Below, piece by piece: positions 48,300-57,596 of a stretch of DNA of 58,058 bases (positions are counted from its first letter, which is position 1; the number at the start of each line of letters is the position of its first letter). The position numbers and the translations under genes are program-made. The DNA is from a candidate division WOR-3 bacterium (GTDB lineage Bacteria > Hydrothermota > Tepidihabitantia > SM23-42 > CAYGYG01). The notes below the pieces were generated by a model that saw only the letters and a program-made list of their open reading frames with translations, was not told where the DNA came from and did no database searches. The stretch spans positions 1 through 58,058 of the forward strand of contig CBFGIV010000004.1 of the NCBI GenBank assembly GCA_965648915.1, given 5' to 3'.

Positions 48300-50715
48300 C
48301 GTCTACAATATCAGCAATTATCTTATCCCCGGGTTTGAATTTACCCGAAAGGATCTCTTTGGATAGAGGATTCTCAATCAGACGCTGAATTGCTCTTTTC
48401 AGGGGACGGGCACCGAAGATCGGGTCAAAACCCTCTTTGATAATTGCCTCTTTAACTGCATCGGAAATCTCAATCTCAAAACCCTGCTCGAGGATGGTCC
48501 GGCTCGATTTTTTCAGTTCGAGGACAACAATCTTCTTGATATCTTCAAGACTCAAGGGCTTGAAGACGATAATATCATCGAGCCGGTTTAAGAATTCGGG
48601 CCGGAAAGTCTGTTTCAGTTCGTTCAGCAACTTCTCTTTCATCTCTTCAAAAGACTTCTCTTCGACTTTTTTGTCCCTCTTCTCTTCCGGCGCAAACCCG
48701 AGGGTCGTAGATTTACGAATAATCTCGGTCCCGATATTCGAGGTCATAATGATGATTGTATTCTTGAAGTCAACGGTCCGGCCGTGGCCATCGGTGAGGC
48801 GGCCATCGTCGAGTAACTGCAAAAGGACATTGAAGACTTCGGGATGGGCCTTCTCGATTTCATCAAAGAGGATAACCCGGTAGGGCCGGCGTCGAACCGC
48901 TTCAGTCAGTTGTCCGCCCTCTTCATAACCAACATATCCCGGTGGCGCCCCGATCATCCGGGAGACAGTATGTTTTTCAGTATATTCGGACATATCGATC
49001 CGGACCATTGCATCTTCAGTGTCGAAGAGAAATTCGGCCAGGGCACGCGCCAGTTCGGTCTTGCCGACACCGGTTGGCCCGAGAAAGATAAATGATCCGA
49101 TTGGACGACGGGGATCTTTTAATCCAGCCCGATTACGGCGAATTGCATCGCTGATAACGCTGACCGCCTCTTCCTGATCAACCAGTCGTTCGTGAATGCG
49201 TTCCTCCATCTTCAGGAGTTTCTCCTTCTCGGTCTCGAGCATTCTGGCCACGGGTATGCCCGTCCACTTAGCAACAATCTGGGCTATTTCGGTCTCATCG
49301 ACTTTGTCATCGATCTTTGTCTCCTTTGACCACTGGGCTTTCTTTGCGGTAAATTCTTTCTGGAGGTGATCGACTTCGTCCCGCAACTGAGCCGCTCGTT
49401 CGTAGTTTCTTGCCTGGACTGCCTCCTGTCCTTCTTTGGTTAAAACTTCAATCTCTTTTTCTAATTTTTTCAATTCCTCCGGCATTGAGTAGATATCCAT
49501 CCGCACCTTGGCGCAGGCCTCATCGATAAGGTCAATCGCTTTATCCGGGAGATAGCGATCGCTGATGTAGCGACTCGAGAGTTTTACTGCTGCCTCAATT
49601 GCCTCATTGGTAATCTTGACCCCGTGGTGGATTTCGTATCGGTCGCGGAGACCTTTTAATATCTCAATTGAATGTTCAATACTTGGTTCACCGATAAAGA
49701 TTGGCTGAAATCTCCGCTCCAGGGCACCATCTTTTTCAATATGTTCACGATATTCATCGAGAGTTGTGGCACCGACACACTGCAGCTCGCCCCGGGCCAG
49801 GGCCGGTTTGAGCATATTCGAAGCATCAATCGCACCCTCGGCCGCACCGGCACCGACAATGGTATGGAGTTCATCAATAAAGAGGATAATCTCACCTTTG
49901 GCGCGCTTAATCTCATCCATTACCGCTTTGAGGCGCTCTTCAAATTCGCCCCGGAATTTAGAACCGGCTACAAGGGAGCCGATGTCCAGAGCCAAAACAC
50001 GTTTTCCTTTAAGTGGTTCAGGGACATCACCGGCAACTATCTTCTGAGCCAATCCTTCAGCGATTGCGGTCTTACCAACTCCTGCCTCACCAATCAGAAC
50101 CGGATTATTCTTGGTTCGGCGGGAAAGGACCTGGATAACCCTTTTAATCTCCTCGTCCCGCCCGATTACCGGGTCGAGTTTACCTTCGCGTGCCAGTTGG
50201 GTAATATCCCTTGAATATTTTTCCAGTGCCATATATTTGCTCTCCGCATCTGGTTCTGTAATCCGCTGGGTACCGCGGATTAACTGAAGAGCACGATAGA
50301 CTTTCTCCCGGTTGATGCCAAATGTTCTTAAGATCTTTGCTGAAAGACCACTCCTTTCTTCAATCACCGCGAGGAAGAGATGTTCGGTCCCGACATATTC
50401 ATCCTTGAGTCGCCTTGCCTCCTCATTGGCTAAATCGAAGACCTTTTTTGCCCGCGGGGTAAGATAGACCTGCATCGTCGATGTTGAACCGTAGGTCTTG
50501 GGCATCAGATTGAGTTCGGATTCTAATTCTTTTCGTACCGACTCAGGACTGATGTCCATCTTTTCAAGGATTGTCGAGGCCAGTCCATTCTCCTGTCTTA
50601 AGAGCGCCAGTAATATGTGCTCGACATCGAGTTCAGTATGATTATATTCCCACAATGCCTCCTGGGCTAATGCCAGAACTTCCTGGGCCTTCTGGGTAAA
50701 ACGGTCAAATCTCAT
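48241..50715 (-). CDS. clpC: ClpC-type ATP-dependent Clp protease ATPase
   Basis: Two Clp-N repeats, GEAGVGKT, short UVR-type middle domain (YERAAQLRD), [11 protein letters not shown] ClpP-docking loop, GARPL. Confidence 0.85.
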   Translation of the reverse strand: MRFDRFTQKAQEVLALAQEALWEYNHTELDVEHILLALLRQENGLASTILEKMDISPESVRKELESELNLMPKTYGSTSTMQVYLTPRAKKVFDLANEEARRLKDEYVGTEHLFLAVIEERSGLSAKILRTFGINREKVYRALQLIRGTQRITEPDAESKYMALEKYSRDITQLAREGKLDPVIGRDEEIKRVIQVLSRRTKNNPVLIGEAGVGKTAIAEGLAQKIVAGDVPEPLKGKRVLALDIGSLVAGSKFRGEFEERLKAVMDEIKRAKGEIILFIDELHTIVGAGAAEGAIDASNMLKPALARGELQCVGATTLDEYREHIEKDGALERRFQPIFIGEPSIEHSIEILKGLRDRYEIHHGVKITNEAIEAAVKLSSRYISDRYLPDKAIDLIDEACAKVRMDIYSMPEELKKLEKEIEVLTKEGQEAVQARNYERAAQLRDEVDHLQKEFTAKKAQWSKETKIDDKVDETEIAQIVAKWTGIPVARMLETEKEKLLKMEERIHERLVDQEEAVSVISDAIRRNRAGLKDPRRPIGSFIFLGPTGVGKTELARALAEFLFDTEDAMVRIDMSEYTEKHTVSRMIGAPPGYVGYEEGGQLTEAVRRRPYRVILFDEIEKAHPEVFNVLLQLLDDGRLTDGHGRTVDFKNTIIIMTSNIGTEIIRKSTTLGFAPEEKRDKKVEEKSFEEMKEKLLNELKQTFRPEFLNRLDDIIVFKPLSLEDIKKIVVLELKKSSRTILEQGFEIEISDAVKEAIIKEGFDPIFGARPLKRAIQRLIENPLSKEILSGKFKPGDKIIADIVDDEIKFEKSDEKTEKRKKKS

Positions 50716-50818
50716 AATTTTTAGACAATTCAATGGCTATTTTGTTTAGTCCTGGCAAGATTATAATTTTTTGTTGACTTTTCTTTAGTTATATATATAT
50801 TAACCATCAATAGGAGGT

Positions 50819-51868
50819 TTGATGAGGCGATTAAAGGGTTTTCTCTTTTTGATACTGATTTGGGCCGGTACTGCACTGGCGGTTGGTCCGGTCGGTCGGT
50901 ATCTTGGTATTGCTGTTGGCAAGAGTGGGCGAGCGATCATCAATGGAACTGACTCGGTTCACCTTTACTGGCCAACACCGGATGATACGAGCTGGGTGAC
51001 AACAGGGTTAGATACAACAACAATTCTTCTCGAATTTAATATGGGCGGGAATCCGGCCTATCTCAGGTTCTACCGTTATCATGGGTCTGATACCAGTTAT
51101 GTGGATGCAGATACCTGCTGGGAAGAGAGTGCAATTTATCTTAAATCCAAGGACGAATTCTTTGATACCTTTATGATTTTCACCCCTTACAAGATTCCAT
51201 TTACAATAGGCTCAACCTGGCCCTTAGGAATTGGTGGGACATATTATGTCGATATCGATGGTGATGGTCAGCGCGACACCTTTAAGATCTGGGCCGATAC
51301 GGTCAAGGTCATCAGTCAGGAAGATGTCCGTGTCCCTTACGGTCTGGTGCGAAATGCATTTAAACTGTATACGCACTCTCTGGGCTATATTGGTATGACA
51401 ACTTCAGGCATCTGGGTCCGGGATACATTGAATGTAAATATTATCGAATGGTACAAGGATTCGCTCTGGGCAGTCAAGGATAGCACAGCACAATTGGAAA
51501 GGATGTATATAAATTTTGGTGGAATGTGGATACATTATGCGGATGGTTTCCATTATCGAGTTTCGCAACTGACCAATCTCTGGGTTGGAATTGAAGATGA
51601 AATATCGACAGCGGTCAGAGATTTAAAGATTGGGCCGAATCCTTTTGCTCAAAAGATTCTTATCGGCGCTCCGGATATCAACCAGCCGTCGACGATTTCT
51701 ATCTATGATGCCTCAGGCCGGATGGTCCTCCAGAGAGAGTTTAACAAGATTTTCATCTGGCAGCCCCACAATCTTCCAGCCGGGATTTACTATCCCGTGC
51801 TGAAGAGTAAAAATGGTAAGGCCGTTAACTTAGGACCGGTCATCTACTTAAAGAGGACAGTCCCCTAA
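50819..51868 (+). CDS. Secreted protein with T9SS-like CTD
   Basis: AGGAGG SD, signal peptide (ALA), DIDGDG motif, GIED linker, PNPF..IYDASGR..LPAGIYY. Confidence 0.75.
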   Translation: MMRRLKGFLFLILIWAGTALAVGPVGRYLGIAVGKSGRAIINGTDSVHLYWPTPDDTSWVTTGLDTTTILLEFNMGGNPAYLRFYRYHGSDTSYVDADTCWEESAIYLKSKDEFFDTFMIFTPYKIPFTIGSTWPLGIGGTYYVDIDGDGQRDTFKIWADTVKVISQEDVRVPYGLVRNAFKLYTHSLGYIGMTTSGIWVRDTLNVNIIEWYKDSLWAVKDSTAQLERMYINFGGMWIHYADGFHYRVSQLTNLWVGIEDEISTAVRDLKIGPNPFAQKILIGAPDINQPSTISIYDASGRMVLQREFNKIFIWQPHNLPAGIYYPVLKSKNGKAVNLGPVIYLKRTVP

Positions 51869-51943
51869 TTTTAAATCCTTAAATATCATAAGTTTTTTTG
51901 GCCGATCAACCTACCCGGTTGAGTGGCGGCAATTCTCAATTCA

Positions 51944-51967
51944 TCATTTTGTCAATTGACAAAATGA
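51944..51967. terminator. Perfect 24-bp palindrome between convergent genes
   Basis: TCATTTTGTCAA|TTGACAAAATGA. Confidence 0.5.
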
Positions 51968-51977
51968 GAAAATGAGG

Positions 51978-53741
51978 CTACTCAATTATAATTAACTTCT
52001 GAGTAATAACTTTATTTTCAGTCATAAATTGAACAAAGTAAATGCCATTCGGTAATTTCTTATTTACATTCTTTTCATAAATCCCGGCACTAACTTCGCC
52101 ATCGACAATTATCTCTTCCATCTGACCCAGAGCATTGTAAACGGCAAGTTTTACTCTACCTGTTTTCGGAACTGAATATTGAATCTTTAAATTTTTGCTT
52201 CGTGCTGGATTTTGTAAAATCTTTAATTCTGTATCGAGTATCCTGTATCGGGTATCTTCTGTTATCCCTGTTTGTCGAATCGCAAATACCGAGTCCGAAA
52301 AATCCCAGGCTGTACCTCTGGGCTTATTTTCTCCTGCCCTTGGCGGTCCATAAGCCCAGATCATTATCTTGCAACTGTCGGACAATGAATCTGGCACACG
52401 CCACAAATACATAGTATCGTTCGATTGCTGGATGGTTGTGATGGTTTGATAGTTACGACCATTGTCAAAAGAAATAAAGAGCGTAAACGAATCAGCCCCG
52501 GGTGGGGTGAATTTCTCCCAGGCGATGGGGAATTGGGAACCGGGGACCAAAACTTCTCCACCATTGGGACGGTGCAGACGGACGCCTTCAATCTCCCAGA
52601 TTTTGGTCCAGCGCTCGGGAATAATGTCATTGCGGTAGGAGGATTCGACAATTTCAGGATAACCATTACCATTGAAATCGGCTGAACTCAATACTGTGCA
52701 GTCAACTCCACTCCCGCCGGGTATTGGATAGGCATTGAAGATTCTTCGATACTGATGCACACCCACCGCCTTATAGACCAACCAGTTATTCTGGACTGCC
52801 CAGATTATTTCTTCTTTACCGTCAGAGTCAATATCCGCACAGAGACTTGCATAGTCCTCAGTGCGACCAGGAATGGGACCAATTGAATCAACACAGAAAT
52901 ATGCATATCTATTGTCACCGGTCGACTCATACAACCAGAGGACCATAATCCAGACGCCGCCGCCACCACCAGCGGAGTTAATGAGAAACTCAGGCTTGCC
53001 ATTGCCATCCATATCGTTACCAGAAAAGATATCACAATGATTATTTGGTGTTGGCAAGGAATCCATGAAAACCTTGCGATAGTTGTTGTCGCCAAAACAC
53101 TCAAATATACGGACATTGGGCCTAATTTGACCAAAATCAATCTGACCAAACACGATTTCAGTCTTACCATCGAGGTCAAAATCACCAACTGTGAAACACC
53201 AGGCACCCCCAAGCAGTGTGTCCCGAAATACTTCATTATATATATTATCACCACCGTTCTCAAAGACAATTATCTTCTCCGACGACAGGGTTGCCAGAAT
53301 CTCCTTCTTGCCATCCCGGTCCAGATCGCAAATCGCCGCTTTAGCACAGTCACGCACTTCTCCCCAGCGCCATACAACGCGCGTTGGATGGGAATTGATG
53401 GTCGGCGATTCAAATACTCTGAGTGTGTCCCAGGTCCCTATAATCATATCGGTCAAAGAGTCATTGTCTATCCAACCGGCTGTCTCTAATCCGCCGCCCT
53501 GACGAATGATTGAATCTTCGAGATTGAGCCAATCAAAGGGGCGATACTCCCAATATTGAACCTGAGGAAGTCCGGATGAGACAGTTTTAAGAATGATATT
53601 ATCCCTTCCATCGTGGTCAGAATCAAGACAGGGCACACGACTGAAACAGACTCCATAGGGAATAAAGGCAGTCTGGCGAAAATTGATCGACCAGAGGGGA
53701 TAGATGAGCAAGAATAAGACTGAGATTATCTTTAGTCTCAT
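51978..53741 (-). CDS. Secreted FG-GAP/VCBS beta-propeller with Ig-like domain and T9SS-like CTD
   Basis: Signal peptide, about seven DxDxDG..E repeats, PNGGE..W Ig domain, GITE linker, NP..VYNALGQ..GIYF..QKLIII. Confidence 0.85.
   Translation of the reverse strand: MRLKIISVLFLLIYPLWSINFRQTAFIPYGVCFSRVPCLDSDHDGRDNIILKTVSSGLPQVQYWEYRPFDWLNLEDSIIRQGGGLETAGWIDNDSLTDMIIGTWDTLRVFESPTINSHPTRVVWRWGEVRDCAKAAICDLDRDGKKEILATLSSEKIIVFENGGDNIYNEVFRDTLLGGAWCFTVGDFDLDGKTEIVFGQIDFGQIRPNVRIFECFGDNNYRKVFMDSLPTPNNHCDIFSGNDMDGNGKPEFLINSAGGGGGVWIMVLWLYESTGDNRYAYFCVDSIGPIPGRTEDYASLCADIDSDGKEEIIWAVQNNWLVYKAVGVHQYRRIFNAYPIPGGSGVDCTVLSSADFNGNGYPEIVESSYRNDIIPERWTKIWEIEGVRLHRPNGGEVLVPGSQFPIAWEKFTPPGADSFTLFISFDNGRNYQTITTIQQSNDTMYLWRVPDSLSDSCKIMIWAYGPPRAGENKPRGTAWDFSDSVFAIRQTGITEDTRYRILDTELKILQNPARSKNLKIQYSVPKTGRVKLAVYNALGQMEEIIVDGEVSAGIYEKNVNKKLPNGIYFVQFMTENKVITQKLIIIE
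52229..52256. repeat. 4 x 7-bp degenerate tandem repeat (NNGTATC)
   Basis: CTGTATC GAGTATC CTGTATC GGGTATC in the linker before the CTD. Confidence 0.7.
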
Positions 53742-53754
53742 ACAACCTCCAGTA

Positions 53755-53781
53755 TCAGGAGGGGCAAAATGCCCCTCCTGA
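53755..53781. terminator. Intergenic stem-loop
   Basis: TCAGGAGGGGCA-aaa-TGCCCCTCCTGA perfect 12-bp stem; no U-tract on minus strand. Confidence 0.55.
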
Positions 53782-53790
53782 CTTATTGTA

Positions 53791-54110
53791 TTACCTTATG
53801 ATTGTAACTTTCTGAGTCATCTTCTGTTTATTAACCTCAAATGTGACAAAGTAGACTCCGGCTGGTAAACCTTTCTTCAAAGAGAACTGATGAATCCCTT
53901 TACCCTGTCTGCCATTAACCAGATCCTGAATAAGTTGACCAGATGCATTATACAGTCTTAAGCGGACACAGGCTCTATTCCTGAGCAGGGGGTTATCATT
54001 GCACCACCTTTTGCAGGATTGGGCCTTATCTCAAATTCATCAGTGCTTAAACTACTGCCGGTTTCGGCTGATTGGAATTCTGGGGAGACAATACTTAATT
54101 CAAAATATGG
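53791..54110 (-). pseudogene. Frameshifted remnant of a CTD-bearing secreted protein
   Basis: Own translation QSAETGSSLSTDEFEIRPNPAKGG (frameshift near 53990) LLRNRACVRLRLYNASGQLIQDLVNG..LPAGVYFVTFEVNKQKMTQKVTIIR*. Confidence 0.75.
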
Positions 54111-54417
54111 GTTAATCCACCATAAATATGCCCGCATTTATTTGATTATTCCTGGAAACTGACCTTCTCGGTCTTAATCTCTGTCATGGTCTATCTTCTA
54201 ATGCCTTGATTCGGCCATCAGCATCAGATAGCTCTGATGGTCGTTATCTTTGAAGAAAACTAATTGTCGCTGATTATCCCACTGACAATATGATGGGGCA
54301 CACCAGCTGCTACAACCCGAGCAATACACGCCATTACTGATTATATCAATAATACCACTGCCGTCAATAATTGAGTATTGTGTCCCCAGAATTGGTCCAG
54401 AACTCCGAGATAGCTTT

Positions 54418-57400
54418 CTAATGTTTGGATCGTCCAATAATTTTTACAATTTTCTTTGTCTTACTGAATCTTTCTGTCTCAATCCACAATATATAGATGC
54501 CCTGAGGCAGTTTTCGTCCATTATCATCATTGCCATTCCAGTTGAGTTCATAAATACCGGCATTTTGGTTTGCATTCACCAAAGTTCTTACACATTGACC
54601 TGCAATATTGTAGATTCTGAGTTCAATCGCACAAGGTCTTGCAAGACTATATTTGATTCGGGTTGAAGAATTGAATGGATTAGGCTCTATCTTAATGAAG
54701 GGGGATTTATCTTTAGAGATCGAAACCCCCTCTTCAATCTCGATAAATGGGTAGAATTTACCCCAGATGCGCATCGTATTTGCTGGATGACCATTGATAT
54801 AGTCAATCCAGCCAGAATATGTTATCAAAACCTGATTTCCCGGTCCGTGGGCCAATGCAGGTGAACATTGATCTCCAGGTTGGGTAGACACCGGAAAACT
54901 ATCCATCACCACTCCTGAAGGATTTACCCGAGCACCATAGATGTCTAAAGTAAGGGCTGCGCGATCATCTTGCCATACGACCAGATAGTTTGTGCCATCA
55001 AAGGCAACTGCAGGATAAGTTGGTCCGGCTACGATTGAGATGGGAATTCCTGAAGAATCTAAGACCACACCTCCCGGGCTTACCCGGGCACCATAGATCT
55101 CAGAATAAGTGCCACTGCGAGAATCTTCCCATACGACCAGATAGTTTGTGCCATCAAAGGCAACTGCAGGATACCATTGGTGATTTGCTACGATTGAGAT
55201 GGGAATTCCTGAAGAATCTAAGACCACACCTCCCGGGCTTACCCGGGCACCATAGAGGTCAAAATGAGAGCCACTGCGATAATCATGCCATACGACCAGA
55301 TAGTTTGTGCCATCAGAGGCAACTGAAGGAAACCCTGGGAGATACGCTGCAGGTGAGATGAGAATCCCTGCAGAATCTAAGACCACACCTCCCGGGCTTA
55401 CCCGGGCACCATAGATTTCATCATCGCCATAATCTTCCCATACGACCAGATAGTTTGTGCCATTAAAGGCAACTGCAGGATACCATTGGCCATACGCTGC
55501 GGTTGATATTGGTATCCCTGCTGGGTCGAGAACTGTTCCATTACTTGCAACCCGAGCACCATAGATGTCATAATGAGAGCCACCGCGAAAATCGTCCCAT
55601 ACAACAAGATAGTTTGTGCCATCAGAGGCAACTGAAGGAAGCAATTGGAAACTTCCTGCGGTTGATATTGGTATTCCTGCAGGGTCAAGAACAGTGCCAT
55701 CTGTTGCAACCCGGGCACCATAGATGTCAGAATAAGTGCCACTGCGAGAATCTTCCCATACGACCAGATAGTTTGTGCCATCAGAGGCAACTGAAGGATA
55801 CCATTGGCCATACGCTGCGGTTGAAATGGGAATTCCTGAAGAATCTAAGACTGCACCTCCCTGGCTTACCCGGGCACCATAGATGTCAAAATGAGAGCCA
55901 CTGCGAAAACCTTCCCATACGACCAGATAGTTTGTGCCATCAGAGGCAACTGAAGGTGCCTCTTGGTCGTCCACTGCGGTTGAGACGGGAATCCCTGCTG
56001 GGTCGAGAACTGTTCCATTACTTGCAACCCGGGCACCATAGATGTCTGCACCCCAATTGCGATAATCTTTCCATACGACCAGATAGTTTGTGCCATTAAA
56101 GGCAACTGAAGGAGTCATTTGGGAATTTTCTGCAGTTGAGATGGGAATCCCTGCTGGGTCGAGAACTGTTCCATTACTTGCAACCCGGGCACCATAGATG
56201 TCTAAAGTAGAGCCACTGCGAAAATCTTCCCATACGACCAGATAGTTTGTGCCATTAAAGGCAACCGAAGGATGTTCTGATCTGGCTGCGGTTGAGATGG
56301 GAATTCCTGAAGAATCTAAGACTGCACCTCCCTGGCTTACCCGGGCACCATAGATGTCAAAATGAGAGCCACTGCGATAATCTTCCCATACGACCAGATA
56401 GTTTGTGCCATCAAAGGCAACCGAAGGATACCTTTGGTCATACGCTGCAGTTGAGATGGGAATCCCTGAAGAATCTAAGACCACACCTCCCGGGCTTACC
56501 CGGGCACCATAAATATCTGGAATGGGAGTAAGATAATCTTCCCATACGACCAGATAGTTTGTGCCATCAGAGGCAACTGAAGGATACCCTGGGAGATACG
56601 CTGCAGGTGAGATGAGAATCCCTGCAGAATCTAAGACCACACCTCCCGGGCTTACCCGGGCACCATAGATCTCAATAAAACATGAGTAGTTTTTCCACAC
56701 CACCAGATAGTTTGTGCCATTAAAGGCAACTGAAGGATCACCCTGGGTATTTGTGTAGGGGGGAATTGGCATTCCTATTCCTGCAGAGTCTAAGACTACG
56801 CCTGATTTACTCACTCGAGCACCATAGATGGTAAATCTGCCCCTGCGAGAATCTTCCCATACGACCAGATAGTTTGTGCCATCAAAGGCAACTGAAGGGG
56901 AAAATTCCGAATATAGTGGAAGTACATAGACGACATTCGTATCAATAAGGAATTCACCGGTCCTTGAACATTCATTCACCTTTTCGTTCTCTAAATGAGC
57001 AACATTACCGGTATATTGGGTAATTAAGTAATCGGGTGATTGCGCCAAAGAAGATCTGTATCTTTCTTCAAAATTTAACCCTTGATTTGTGCCATAAAAG
57101 ATAATATCTCCATACCCGGTATGATAGATAACCTTACCATCCTTTATCCCGGGTTTACCATTTATCGGAATGACCAGGTCTTCGGCATTTTTTTTAAACC
57201 TTTTTGGTTTTAAGACCACACCCCTTTCATCAAAGAATGCTTCATAGACTGCATCCTTAATCACAATCTTATCACCTTCTTTAATCGGATGATGGGTTAC
57301 CCTCTCAATGATTTCATCAACATTAAAAGGGATTTGAAGAGACGGCCCGGAGATATTGTGGGCAGTAAGGGTTTGCGGGGTGATTAAAAGGGAAAGGATT

Positions 57401-57471
57401 GAGACCCCTAAACCTTCAACCATCCACCTCCTATTTAGTAAATTTTGATAATTAAAAAATAGTGCAGGCAT
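54418..57471 (-). CDS. Secreted tandem-repeat (probable double beta-propeller) protein with FlgD-Ig/T9SS-like CTD
   Basis: AAAGGAGG SD; 13 repeats PSVAxxGTNYLVVW..IYGARV..G.VLD..GI; C-terminal PNPF..IYNIAGQ..WNGNDDNGRKLPQGIY..KKIV. Confidence 0.88.
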   Translation of the reverse strand: MPALFFNYQNLLNRRWMVEGLGVSILSLLITPQTLTAHNISGPSLQIPFNVDEIIERVTHHPIKEGDKIVIKDAVYEAFFDERGVVLKPKRFKKNAEDLVIPINGKPGIKDGKVIYHTGYGDIIFYGTNQGLNFEERYRSSLAQSPDYLITQYTGNVAHLENEKVNECSRTGEFLIDTNVVYVLPLYSEFSPSVAFDGTNYLVVWEDSRRGRFTIYGARVSKSGVVLDSAGIGMPIPPYTNTQGDPSVAFNGTNYLVVWKNYSCFIEIYGARVSPGGVVLDSAGILISPAAYLPGYPSVASDGTNYLVVWEDYLTPIPDIYGARVSPGGVVLDSSGIPISTAAYDQRYPSVAFDGTNYLVVWEDYRSGSHFDIYGARVSQGGAVLDSSGIPISTAARSEHPSVAFNGTNYLVVWEDFRSGSTLDIYGARVASNGTVLDPAGIPISTAENSQMTPSVAFNGTNYLVVWKDYRNWGADIYGARVASNGTVLDPAGIPVSTAVDDQEAPSVASDGTNYLVVWEGFRSGSHFDIYGARVSQGGAVLDSSGIPISTAAYGQWYPSVASDGTNYLVVWEDSRSGTYSDIYGARVATDGTVLDPAGIPISTAGSFQLLPSVASDGTNYLVVWDDFRGGSHYDIYGARVASNGTVLDPAGIPISTAAYGQWYPAVAFNGTNYLVVWEDYGDDEIYGARVSPGGVVLDSAGILISPAAYLPGFPSVASDGTNYLVVWHDYRSGSHFDLYGARVSPGGVVLDSSGIPISIVANHQWYPAVAFDGTNYLVVWEDSRSGTYSEIYGARVSPGGVVLDSSGIPISIVAGPTYPAVAFDGTNYLVVWQDDRAALTLDIYGARVNPSGVVMDSFPVSTQPGDQCSPALAHGPGNQVLITYSGWIDYINGHPANTMRIWGKFYPFIEIEEGVSISKDKSPFIKIEPNPFNSSTRIKYSLARPCAIELRIYNIAGQCVRTLVNANQNAGIYELNWNGNDDNGRKLPQGIYILWIETERFSKTKKIVKIIGRSKH
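54862..56898 (-). repeat. 13 in-frame tandem repeats of about 150-162 bp
   Basis: AGATAGTTTGTGCCAT occurs in all 13 units, GCACCATA and GGCAAC blocks are conserved, variable segments lie between. Confidence 0.95.
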
Positions 57472-57554
57472 CTCAAACCTCCTTTAGTAAGGATGAATTT
57501 CCGTATTTTACATATACATATTATTCCCTTTCCTGTTAAAGTCAATAGTTTTTT

Positions 57555-57582
57555 GCCGGGAGGGCTTTTAGACCCTCCCGGC
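57555..57582. terminator. Stem-loop downstream of the last gene
   Basis: GCCGGGAGGG-8nt-CCCTCCCGGC; no U-tract on minus strand. Confidence 0.5.
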
Positions 57583-57596
57583 CGTGCAGTCCATAA

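Noticed and set aside
48241..50715. clpB call
   Set aside because: Middle domain is short and UVR-like and an LGF ClpP-binding loop is present, fitting ClpC.
50716..50790. Heat-shock operator (CIRCE/CtsR) or sigma32 promoter upstream of clpC
   Set aside because: No convincing match to the consensus motifs.
54198..54437. 79-aa ORF as an independent gene
   Set aside because: Overlaps the upstream gene end, no SD, no motif; more likely part of the decayed locus.
54990..56531. Repetitive alternative-frame ORFs (54990-55361, 55398-55811, 55503-56099, 56292-56531)
   Set aside because: Shadows of the repeat array in other frames or on the other strand; no SD or independent coding signal.
54862..56898. 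CRISPR-like appearance (conserved blocks alternating with variable segments)
   Set aside because: Period is 150-162 bp, always in frame within one ORF; variable segments recur between units; no cas genes or leader.
54862..56898. Diversity-generating retroelement target/template
   Set aside because: No reverse transcriptase in the window; differences include indels and are not confined to adenines.
57019..57042. 3 x 8-bp degenerate repeat (GGTAATTA AGTAATCG GGTGATTG)
   Set aside because: Too short and degenerate to distinguish from chance.
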